From contig JAZDPZ010000050.1 of assembly GCA_043797105.1 (NCBI GenBank), forward strand, positions 10,623 to 74,622: 64,000 nucleotides of DNA, written 5' to 3'. Under the pieces are notes generated by a model. The model saw only the letters and a program-made list of their open reading frames with translations. It was not told where the DNA came from and made no database searches. Origin of the DNA: a bacterium (GTDB lineage: Bacteria > Cyanobacteriota > Vampirovibrionia > Gastranaerophilales > CAZEDP01). How positions within the stretch are numbered: position 1 is the first letter of the stretch; each line of letters starts with the position of its first letter. Made by a program: the position numbers and the translations under genes. Positions 20,771-29,831 of the stretch are shown one piece after another.

Positions 20771-21379
20771 TTATATTTTTATTTTATTAACTTTTAATGT
20801 ATTTAACAAAGCAAGTGAATTTAAAGTTGCTTCTAATTGATCTCTCTTATCCTCAAAATCAGCTTCTTTAGGATTTTCGTTTTCTTTATCTTCTTTTTTA
20901 TTACCTTCAGGATATTGTTCTCCTGAGTTTTTCTTGTCCGAACTTCCGGATATACTACTGTTTAATCCTCTAAAATTTATAGATGCATCTTCTTTAACAA
21001 GTGTATTATTATTATCTGTATTATTAAATTTTACAAAATTGCTTCCATCAATAAGAGCTGAGGATCTTCCGGTAAAATTCCTTAAAATTTCACCTGGCGT
21101 TCCTTGTGTCAGATTGTTTTTAATTTTGTCTAAAAGATTGGCTATATCAGTCATATTAAGTATTCTAAATCTTGCGGCAGTATTTTGATTTTGATTTTCA
21201 TTACCAGGTGTTTTTGATTTAGAAAAAGTATCTTCTAAAGATTCTTTTTTATACGTATCAGACATGCCGGAAGCTTTATTATCATTTGTTTTAGGCTTAG
21301 CGTTATTAAAATTATTTATAAGTCTATTATCAGATATTTTTGATCCTACAGATAAACTCGATTGTTTATTTTCATTCAT
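20771..21379 (-). CDS. Hypothetical low-complexity (N/S/K-rich) protein
   Basis: 202-aa ORF with RBS, 41 bp downstream of the FlhA paralogue. Confidence 0.7.
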   Translation of the reverse strand: MNENKQSSLSVGSKISDNRLINNFNNAKPKTNDNKASGMSDTYKKESLEDTFSKSKTPGNENQNQNTAARFRILNMTDIANLLDKIKNNLTQGTPGEILRNFTGRSSALIDGSNFVKFNNTDNNNTLVKEDASINFRGLNSSISGSSDKKNSGEQYPEGNKKEDKENENPKEADFEDKRDQLEATLNSLALLNTLKVNKIKI

Positions 21380-21420
21380 TTTTATTGAATCTCCTGATAT
21401 TTTAAAAGTTTAAAAAATTT

Positions 21421-22899
21421 TTATATCAAATTTTCTATGATTTCTAAGTTAAATTCACTAGCTATTTCATCTTTGGAAATAACTGATAATCCAGGAATAG
21501 TTTGTTCAATTATTAAAAAAATCTGTAAACGAATAAATGATGGGGTAATTAATGCAATATTTGAAATATTATAGTTAAAATTTTTAACAATATTTAGGAT
21601 ATTTTTAGTGAATTTATTTATTACAGGATTTTTAAGAGCTAAAAAAGATTCTTTTTCTTTATTCATTAGCAGATCTTTTAATTTTTCAACTAAACTATCA
21701 CTTATAATTATCCCATAAATTACGTTATTTGTATCTGCAATATTATTGCATATTTGTCTGTTTAAAGCAATTCTTAACCTTTCTAATAAATTTTCTCTTC
21801 CACTTATATACTGTACAAGATCATTTAGCCTTTCAAAGATATAGACCAAATCTTTAACAGATATTCTTTCTCTGATTAAACCGGCAAAAATATATTTTAG
21901 ATCACTGACTGTTAAAAATTCAGGAATTAAATTTTCTATTAAATATGGATTATTATTATAAACTATTCCAATATAACGATTTATATCATTAAAGTCTAAA
22001 ATTTCATCTACATATCTACATACTATATATTCAAGATTATTTGATATAACCTGAGCAGGATTTAAACCTTTTTCCCAAAAATTTTTTGCTTTTGATTCCT
22101 CAATCCAAAGAACATTTTGTTTATTTATAGGATCAATATCTTCAATAGTGCCTTTAGGCTTTCTGCTAATATTTAATTGCTCCTTATAAAATCTGACGTA
22201 GCCGGGATTAACCGTTCCCAAAAGAATTTTTAAACCACGCGCATCAATTCTGTATTCGTTTGCTTCCAGTATTTCTGAATCAGTAAAACGTATTGAAGGA
22301 ATAACATAACCTAATTTATCAACTAAATTTTGTCTTAGTTTAACGGTTTCAGAAATTAGTTCACTGTCTTTTTCATTATTAACAAGACTTGTTAACTCAT
22401 CGCTTATTATAATAGTTAATTTATCCTGGTTAATCCTGTCATACATACGATCTGAATCTATAATATTTGCAAATTCTTCTTTTAATTCATCCAATTCTTT
22501 TAGATTTCCGGATATTTCTTCATTAAGTTTTTTATGATCTGTATTATTTGGAGAAGTTGAATCAATCAAATTTTTTATTTCATTAAGTTTTTTATGCTTT
22601 TGATTAAGTTTTTTTTGAATTTCCTTACATTCTTCGTATGGTTCATTTGAAGAATTTAATATTTTTTCTATTCTGGTTTTAAAATTATCTAAATCAATTA
22701 TTTTTTCAGGTTGAATTTCATTATATTCTCTATAAAAAATACAGTTATATTGAGATTCTCCGCTTTTTGAATCTATTTCATGAAGCATATAAAGCTCCCA
22801 ACCTTCTTCACCCATCTTATTTAAAAGATTTTCAAGATTTTCCGGCTCGTTACTCGGACAAATTTTAACTGAGTATTCTGTTTTAATATTTTCAAACAT
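21421..22899 (-). CDS. Soluble FlhA/FHIPEP cytoplasmic-domain paralogue with DUF4177-like N-terminus and coiled coil
   Basis: Aligns by eye to this window's FlhA C-domain (LGYVIPSIRFTD/FGIVLPSIRVRD; LIRERISVKDL/LLRERVSIRDL); N-terminal LNKMGEEGWEL; no TM segments. Confidence 0.85.
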   Translation of the reverse strand: MFENIKTEYSVKICPSNEPENLENLLNKMGEEGWELYMLHEIDSKSGESQYNCIFYREYNEIQPEKIIDLDNFKTRIEKILNSSNEPYEECKEIQKKLNQKHKKLNEIKNLIDSTSPNNTDHKKLNEEISGNLKELDELKEEFANIIDSDRMYDRINQDKLTIIISDELTSLVNNEKDSELISETVKLRQNLVDKLGYVIPSIRFTDSEILEANEYRIDARGLKILLGTVNPGYVRFYKEQLNISRKPKGTIEDIDPINKQNVLWIEESKAKNFWEKGLNPAQVISNNLEYIVCRYVDEILDFNDINRYIGIVYNNNPYLIENLIPEFLTVSDLKYIFAGLIRERISVKDLVYIFERLNDLVQYISGRENLLERLRIALNRQICNNIADTNNVIYGIIISDSLVEKLKDLLMNKEKESFLALKNPVINKFTKNILNIVKNFNYNISNIALITPSFIRLQIFLIIEQTIPGLSVISKDEIASEFNLEIIENLI

Positions 22900-22923
22900 T
22901 AAATAAATTATTCCTTTTTAAGA

Positions 22924-24249
22924 TTATTCTAATGGATTAATAACTAAACCGCTTAAAAGTTTTGGATAAAAATAAGTTGATTTTTGAGGCATTCTACAAC
23001 CTTTACTTGATATTTCCTTTATATCCTGAATTTTTGGAGATACTGTCAAAAAAATCATTTCAGCATACCCTAAATCTATGTCATTAAAGGCTTCTTCTTC
23101 TTTTTTCGTATATTTAATTCCGTTTAGTTTCATTTGATCTTCTTCATTTATACCTAAAAAATCATTAACAATTAATTTATGAAGTATGGTTAAATCAAGG
23201 TTTCTTAATTCTTTTGGAATATTTTTTTCTTCCAGAATTTCATCTATATTTTCTTTATTATTTAATTCGATTAGAAAAAGTTTATTATTTATATTTTTTG
23301 AGAATATTCCAAAAACAATATTTTCTTTTGATTTGTTTTCCAATTTTTCGAGAAAAAGTTGTTTTACCTGAGCTTTATTGATTTCCTCAAAAGAAAATTC
23401 AGTTATACTAAAAGATTTTTTTAGATTTTCCAGAAGCTCTTCAAAATTTACAGGTTTGGTTATAACTCTGTGAGTAGGATAAACTTTTAAATTTTCATCA
23501 TCCAGGTTGGTAAAATAAGACATTACCCAGTTAAATTCATCTTTATCATTATGAGTAGAATTTTTAAGGCGCATATAATCTCTGTATTTAAGAGCTGTTT
23601 CATATCTATGATGTCCGTCAGCTATTAATAAAGTCTTATTTTTCATTAGTTCTGTTATTTTATTTATTTTATTTTCCTGATCTATTATATAAACTATATT
23701 TCTTACTCCCTGTTTGTCAGTTACGTCTATAAAAGGTTTTTCCGGAAGCTCAAAAGCTTTGTCAATTTCATGTTCAGGATCTGAATAAACCATAAAAATC
23801 TGACTAAAATTTGCTTCGCATTCTTTCATTAGTTTAAATCTGTCTTCTTTTGGTCCTCCCATTGTATATTCATGAGGAAGAATTATACCTTTAGAAAATT
23901 CTTCGAGAAAAGTTTTGGCTATAAATCCCTTTCTTGAAATCAATTCACCATTTGATGCAGTATATTTTTGTATATAGTAATAAATACATGGTTTATCAGA
24001 TTTAATTAAAATATTTTTATTCAGCCATTCTTTAAAAAATTCAGCTGCTCTTATATATTTATTATTAATCTCATTATCAGTGTCAAATACTTTACCTAAA
24101 ATCAATCTTACGATATTATAGGGTGAAGAGTTATATAATTCTTCTTGTTCTTGCTTAGAAATCACATCATAAGGTGGAGCTACCGCATCATTTATATTAA
24201 CTTTATCCAGGTTATAAGTTATACCTTTTATCGATGAAATTTTAGCCAT
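22924..24249 (-). CDS. DUF1015 family protein
   Basis: APPYDVIS, ILPHE, IADGHHRYETA, MPQKSTYFYPKLLSGL. Confidence 0.92.
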   Translation of the reverse strand: MAKISSIKGITYNLDKVNINDAVAPPYDVISKQEQEELYNSSPYNIVRLILGKVFDTDNEINNKYIRAAEFFKEWLNKNILIKSDKPCIYYYIQKYTASNGELISRKGFIAKTFLEEFSKGIILPHEYTMGGPKEDRFKLMKECEANFSQIFMVYSDPEHEIDKAFELPEKPFIDVTDKQGVRNIVYIIDQENKINKITELMKNKTLLIADGHHRYETALKYRDYMRLKNSTHNDKDEFNWVMSYFTNLDDENLKVYPTHRVITKPVNFEELLENLKKSFSITEFSFEEINKAQVKQLFLEKLENKSKENIVFGIFSKNINNKLFLIELNNKENIDEILEEKNIPKELRNLDLTILHKLIVNDFLGINEEDQMKLNGIKYTKKEEEAFNDIDLGYAEMIFLTVSPKIQDIKEISSKGCRMPQKSTYFYPKLLSGLVINPLE

Positions 24250-24368
24250 TTGTTAATCCTCTTTGTTAATTGCAATATTTCTTACATTTGTTATATAACA
24301 TTAAAACACTATTAAGAAAAACTATTATAAAATTTTTAGTATTTAGTAAAGTTTAAGGAGAAAAAATT

Positions 24369-25460
24369 TTGGTAAAAAAAGCAATGATCATGGCAGCGGG
24401 AGCTGGAACCAGATTAGATCCATTAACCCAGAAAATCCCAAAACCAATGGTGCCTGTTGCAAACAAACCATTAATGGAAATAATTTTAGCTCATATTAAA
24501 AATTTTGGAATAAAAAATGTAATTGCAAACACGCATTTTTTAGCTGAAATTATTCATGAAAAATTTGGGGGAGAAAATAATTTAGATATTAATTTTAATT
24601 ATGTATACGAAACAGAACTGTCAGGCACTGCCGGCGGAGTGAAAAAATGTGAATGGTTTTTTGAGCCTGGCGAAACTTTTTTAGTAGTCAGCGGTGATGC
24701 TTTGACAGATATAAATATAGATAATCTTATAGAAAAACACAAATCTACTGGCGCTATTGCCACAATGGCTTTAAAAGAAATTCCTATATCACAGGTTAAA
24801 CATTTTGGCGTTGTTGTAATTGATGATAAAACCAGAGTTATTGAATTTCAGGAAAAACCAAGCATTGAGGAAGCTAAAAGCAATTTGGTTAATACAGGAA
24901 TTTATGTTTTTGAAACAGATAATTTTAAATATATTCCTGAAAATACTTTCTGTGATTTTGCAAAAAATGTTTTTCCCAAAATAATGGCTAATAATGAGTT
25001 ACTTTGCGCTCATGTAATTGATGAATATTGGAGTGATATTGGCACTACAAACCAATACAGATTATCTTCCCATGATATATTAACTCAAAAAGTTAATATT
25101 GATTTACCTTATGTAAAATCTGAGCTAATCTGGACTTTGGATGATTCGGGAATCAGTAACAAGGCTTTATTTTACGATAAAACTATTGTAGGCAATAAAA
25201 CTATTATCAAAGATAATGTAAAATTTTATGGAAATTGTGTTATAGGCAACAATTGTGTTATTAATGAAAATGCGCAAATTAGAAATTCTATTATATGGGA
25301 TAATGTAATTATAGAAAAAGGAGCAAGGCTTGATGGCTGTATAGTTGCCAATAATGCAAAAATAGGCGAAGGAAGTATTATTACTCCCGGCTGTATTATT
25401 CCTGATGATTTTATTGTTTCAGATAAAGAATCTTGTTTTTCAAATATGGTAAAAATTTAA
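24369..25460 (+). CDS. NDP-sugar pyrophosphorylase (mannose-1-P guanylyltransferase-like) with hexapeptide tail
   Basis: MAAGAGTRLDPLT, PKPM, EFQEKP, WSDIG. Confidence 0.9.
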   Translation: MVKKAMIMAAGAGTRLDPLTQKIPKPMVPVANKPLMEIILAHIKNFGIKNVIANTHFLAEIIHEKFGGENNLDINFNYVYETELSGTAGGVKKCEWFFEPGETFLVVSGDALTDINIDNLIEKHKSTGAIATMALKEIPISQVKHFGVVVIDDKTRVIEFQEKPSIEEAKSNLVNTGIYVFETDNFKYIPENTFCDFAKNVFPKIMANNELLCAHVIDEYWSDIGTTNQYRLSSHDILTQKVNIDLPYVKSELIWTLDDSGISNKALFYDKTIVGNKTIIKDNVKFYGNCVIGNNCVINENAQIRNSIIWDNVIIEKGARLDGCIVANNAKIGEGSIITPGCIIPDDFIVSDKESCFSNMVKI

Positions 25461-25612
25461 TTTTAAAAACTAAAAAAAATTTTTATATACTAAATTTTTA
25501 AGTAATTTTTAGCAAATTATCATGGAATGCTAAAGAAAATATTAAGTGGGTAACAATAAATTTTATACACCCACCCCTTTTTTAAAAGGTGGAAATTAAT
25601 TGTTTATTACTT

Positions 25613-28270
25613 ATGTACTATAAAAAGCCTATTGAGGATATATTCAAAGAATTTTCTACAACATTTCATGGAATTTCTCAATTAGAAGCAAAAGAAAGAT
25701 TAAAAAAATATGGTCTGAATATTTTTAAAACAGCAAAAGCCAGATCTGTTTGGCAATTAATTTTAAACCAATTCTCAAGTCCTTTAATATATATTCTTAT
25801 TATTGCTGCTCTTTTTACAATAATAATCAGGCATTATATTGATACCTGGGTAATACTTGCTATTGTTATTATTAATTCAATAGTTGGTTTTTTTCAGGAA
25901 TACAAAGCTGAAAAAGCAATGGAATCTTTAAAAAAACTAACATCATTAAAAGCTTTTGTTATTAGAAATTCAATAGAAGATAGAATTGATTCCATTGAAC
26001 TTGTTCCCGGAGATATTATTATTCTTTCTGCCGGTAATAAAGTGCCTGCTGATGTGCGATTATTTGAGGTTAAAGATCTTCAAACAGATGAATCAACATT
26101 TACCGGAGAATCTTTATCAGTTATTAAACAGATTGAGATTCTTGCTAATGAAAATTTATCAATTGCAGATCAAAAAAATATGGCATTTATGGGAACTGTA
26201 ATTACAAACGGCAGAGGTAAAGGAATTATTGTTAAAACAGGAGAACAAACAGAGTTAGGTAAAATTTCAAAAGAGGTTAAAAGTACTGTAAAAGAAATAT
26301 CTCCTCTTCAAAAAAAATTTATAAATTTTAGTCATAAAATCGGTTTAATAACAATAGGATTAGCGTTTATTGTGCTTGTCCTCGGAATTATAGAAGGTAT
26401 AAATCTGAATGAGATAATATTATTTACAATAAGTATGATGGTCGCTATTATTCCGGAAGGTCTTCCAATTGCCGCAACAATAACAATGGCTATTGGTTTA
26501 AAAAAAATGGCTGATAAAAATGCTATAGTAAAAAAACTTATTGCTGTTGAGACACTTGGAAGTTGTAATTTTATCTGTTTGGACAAAACAGGAACTATTA
26601 CAGAAAATCAAATGACAGTTGTTAAATCATATACTAATGGCAAAGAATTTGATTATACGGGTATTGGTTATAATCCTGCCGGAGAAATTTTATTTAACAG
26701 TAAAAAAATAAATAAAGACAAAGATTTAAAAGAATTATTACTTACAGGTTTATTGTGCAATAAATCTGATCTATATGAAGAAAATAATGAATGGCGCATA
26801 ACCGGAGATCCTACAGAAGGAGCATTAATTGTAGCTGCTCAGAAATACGGTATAGATATTAATAAAAATGAATATTTATATAGATTAATAGATGAGATTC
26901 CGTTCAATTCTTACAGACAATATATGGCAACTATGTACCAGTTTGATAACAGCTGCATTATATTTGTAAAAGGTTCTCCGGAGAAAATTTTGGAATTTAC
27001 AGGTAATATAAATAATACAGAACTTCACAATCAATATTTAAAAATGGCAGAATCAGGATTAAGAGTATTAGGCTTTGGAATTAAGCAAATTGATAATATT
27101 TGTCCTAAAAATCTTGATTTGGAACGAGAAGCTACAAATGAATTAAGCTTTGCAGGGTTTCAGGGGATTATAGATCCACCAAAAAAGAGCGCTATACAAG
27201 CTGTTAGCGCTACACAAAAGGCTGGAATTAAAGTTATTATGTTTACAGGCGATCATAAAATTACAGCCATTGCTATCGCAAAAAAAATTGGCATATATAA
27301 TCCTGATGATCTTGTGATAACTGGACAGGAATTAGATCAACACGGAGACAAATTTCTTGAAGAATTTGTTGAAAAAATCTCTGTATATGCAAGAGTATCA
27401 CCAGGTCATAAATTAAAAATAGTTGAAGCATTGCAGAAAAAAGGAAATATAGTTGCTGTAACAGGGGATGGCATTAATGATGCTCCTGCGCTTAAAAAGG
27501 CTAATATTGGCGTTGCAATGGGTAAAGTGGGAACTGATGTTGCTAAAGAAGCTTCTGATATGGTATTAAAAGATGATAATTTTGAATCAATATTTGAAGC
27601 CATTAAAGTAGGTAGAGTCATATATGAAAATATTCGTAAAGTAGTTTATTTCCTCTTATCATCTAATGTAGGAACAACTCTTACAATTATAATGACGCTG
27701 ATTTTAGGTTTACCCTTACCTTTTCTTGCAACTCAAATATTGTGGATGAATCTTGTAACTAATGGATTACAGGATATTGCTCTTGCTTATGAACCCAATG
27801 AAAAGAATATTGAAAAAAAACCGCCCAGAAATCCAAAACAAAATATTATTAGTTCATATTTGCTTAAAAGGATTATTTTAATAGGTCTAGTTATAACAAT
27901 TGGCACATTGGGATTATTTTGGTATGAGCTTCAACGAGGATCCAGCCTGACTTATGCAAGAACCACAGCAATGAATACTATTGTGTTTTTTCAGTTTTTT
28001 CAAGCATGGAATTCACGCTCTTTAGAAAAATCCATTTTTACAATAAATTTTTTTTCAAACCCATTTCTTTTTGTAAGTCTTGCTATAGCTTTAATTGCAC
28101 AAATATTGGTTCTAAATTATACTCCATTGCAGTACATATTTCATAGCACTAATTTAGAACCAATAACCTGGATTCAAAATATTTTTGTAGCATCAACAAT
28201 ATTAATAGCTGTAGAAATTGATAAATTTATCAGGAACCGAATTATATTCAAGAATTTGAATATTATATAA
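25613..28270 (+). CDS. P-type cation (Ca2+-like, type II) ATPase
   Basis: TGES, IPEGL, DKTGT, TGDGINDAPAL; start placed at ATG 25613 (ORF track: 25589). Confidence 0.95.
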   Translation: MYYKKPIEDIFKEFSTTFHGISQLEAKERLKKYGLNIFKTAKARSVWQLILNQFSSPLIYILIIAALFTIIIRHYIDTWVILAIVIINSIVGFFQEYKAEKAMESLKKLTSLKAFVIRNSIEDRIDSIELVPGDIIILSAGNKVPADVRLFEVKDLQTDESTFTGESLSVIKQIEILANENLSIADQKNMAFMGTVITNGRGKGIIVKTGEQTELGKISKEVKSTVKEISPLQKKFINFSHKIGLITIGLAFIVLVLGIIEGINLNEIILFTISMMVAIIPEGLPIAATITMAIGLKKMADKNAIVKKLIAVETLGSCNFICLDKTGTITENQMTVVKSYTNGKEFDYTGIGYNPAGEILFNSKKINKDKDLKELLLTGLLCNKSDLYEENNEWRITGDPTEGALIVAAQKYGIDINKNEYLYRLIDEIPFNSYRQYMATMYQFDNSCIIFVKGSPEKILEFTGNINNTELHNQYLKMAESGLRVLGFGIKQIDNICPKNLDLEREATNELSFAGFQGIIDPPKKSAIQAVSATQKAGIKVIMFTGDHKITAIAIAKKIGIYNPDDLVITGQELDQHGDKFLEEFVEKISVYARVSPGHKLKIVEALQKKGNIVAVTGDGINDAPALKKANIGVAMGKVGTDVAKEASDMVLKDDNFESIFEAIKVGRVIYENIRKVVYFLLSSNVGTTLTIIMTLILGLPLPFLATQILWMNLVTNGLQDIALAYEPNEKNIEKKPPRNPKQNIISSYLLKRIILIGLVITIGTLGLFWYELQRGSSLTYARTTAMNTIVFFQFFQAWNSRSLEKSIFTINFFSNPFLFVSLAIALIAQILVLNYTPLQYIFHSTNLEPITWIQNIFVASTILIAVEIDKFIRNRIIFKNLNII

Positions 28271-28367
28271 AGAATTTGATTTTTATTTCTTCAGAAATTT
28301 GCATTTAACCATCACCTGTTTTCATTCTAAGTGAACGTCTTTACCCGTTTTCATTCTCAGTAAGCTA

Positions 28368-28712
28368 TTAACTGCCACTGTCATTCTCAGCGACCGAAGG
28401 GAGCGTGAGAATCTGTCCATTTTCGCAGTATAAATCCAGCCAGTCTTTGTTAAATTTGCTTATTAAACTAATTTTTCTTTGTCTTAACCATTTTTTTAAC
28501 TGTTTTTCACGTTGAATCGCAAATTCAATATCCTCAAAAATCTCATAATAAATGAGTTTTGTCAGGTTATATCTTTGTGTAAATCCTTTCATCAGTTTAT
28601 TTTTATGTTCATAAATCCTTCTTTCAAGGCTATTTGTTACTCCGATGTAAAGAGTAGTTTCTTCGTAGTTTGTCATAAAATATACATAATATTGCTTGTT
28701 ATTCATAGCCAA
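28368..28712 (-). CDS. Small stand-alone GIY-YIG nuclease
   Basis: YYVYFM...LYIGVTNSLERRIYEH...AIQREKQLKKW. Confidence 0.93.
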   Translation of the reverse strand: MAMNNKQYYVYFMTNYEETTLYIGVTNSLERRIYEHKNKLMKGFTQRYNLTKLIYYEIFEDIEFAIQREKQLKKWLRQRKISLISKFNKDWLDLYCENGQILTLPSVAENDSGS

Positions 28713-28772
28713 AATTCCTTGACAGAAAGATTCTCACGCTCCTTCGCTTCGCTCAGTCGCTGAGAATGACAG
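28378..28772. mobile_element. GIY-YIG gene enclosed by inverted REP-like hairpins (28378-28417 and 28721-28772)
   Basis: ctgtcattctcagcgac...ggagcgtgagaatct on the left and its reverse complement on the right; mobility is inferred. Confidence 0.7.
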
Positions 28773-29805
28773 ATGTCGCTTCTTCCTCTTTGTGAAGATG
28801 TCCATTTAAAAACGCGTCTAAAGGGTTTCCATCTTTACAGTATTCATAATGAATGTTGGTAAATCCATCAAATATCTTTTTATAAGAAAGAGGTATTTCT
28901 TTGTTTACTACAAAAATCTCTACTTCTTTCTCCCTTCCTCTTAATGCTGATTGAAAGAGGAATCTTACAGGCAAGTCTGTCATTGGAAAAGAAAAACCTA
29001 TTATATATATTTCTTTAGCATTTCGTAGATACTGATGAGCTTTTGACCATAAAAGCTTTAAAATATTGTTATTATAGAAAGAGTTTTTGTCCAGAGTTGG
29101 AGGAATTATATAAGGAACTAGGTCTCCTATTGAATCTTTATCTAATTCATTAAGATTGTCAACATAATAAACAGGATCAATTGCACTATAACCAGAGTAA
29201 TACCAGTTAATTGATCCATGTAATTTTAGAATTTCAGTAGTTTTTTCTTCTTTTAACTTTTCTGATCCAAATGTACCACCATCAACAAAACCCCCTGGGT
29301 TCATTCTATCGTTAATATCAATAAGATTTTTATATAAATACCTGTATCCAAGAATCCACCAATTATTATTATCCTTATTGGAAGGAGAGTTTAATAATAA
29401 ATTTTCCAATAATAAATCATAATTCAATGTAATTATAGGTGTTTTATTATCAATAATAAATTTTGCAAGATTATCAAAATTTTGCTTAGATCCCGATTTT
29501 TCTCTCTTTTCGAGATTAAAAAGATATTCTGTTAGCAATTCTGTTAAAGCTATAAACAAAGCCTTATCTAAATGCTTTTGTTTTTCGGTTTTCCACGGTG
29601 CATCCATTGTCAAATATGAAAATAAGTGTTCAATATTGTTTTTTATACTTTTGGGAATTGTATCAAAATGATTATATAAAATATTATTAGCTTTTATTTT
29701 TTCTGAAACTATGGTAGTTAAGCTATTATCACCAATTAATAGTGGATAATTATTATCTAAAGCTTTTGAAAAACCAGCACCTAAGAAAAAAACTTTATCA
29801 CCCAT
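28753..29805 (-). CDS. SIR2-like domain protein (SIR2_2 type)
   Basis: FLGAGFS, TLNYDLLLE, LKLHGSINW, IIPP, IIGFSFP. Confidence 0.85.
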   Translation of the reverse strand: MGDKVFFLGAGFSKALDNNYPLLIGDNSLTTIVSEKIKANNILYNHFDTIPKSIKNNIEHLFSYLTMDAPWKTEKQKHLDKALFIALTELLTEYLFNLEKREKSGSKQNFDNLAKFIIDNKTPIITLNYDLLLENLLLNSPSNKDNNNWWILGYRYLYKNLIDINDRMNPGGFVDGGTFGSEKLKEEKTTEILKLHGSINWYYSGYSAIDPVYYVDNLNELDKDSIGDLVPYIIPPTLDKNSFYNNNILKLLWSKAHQYLRNAKEIYIIGFSFPMTDLPVRFLFQSALRGREKEVEIFVVNKEIPLSYKKIFDGFTNIHYEYCKDGNPLDAFLNGHLHKEEEATSVILSD

Positions 29806-29831
29806 CTGTTCATCCCCTTTTTCTCAAATAA

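Noticed and set aside
28316..28417. CRISPR-like periodicity
   Set aside because: The repeat core is only about 10 bp with three copies and no cas genes; explained as REP heads
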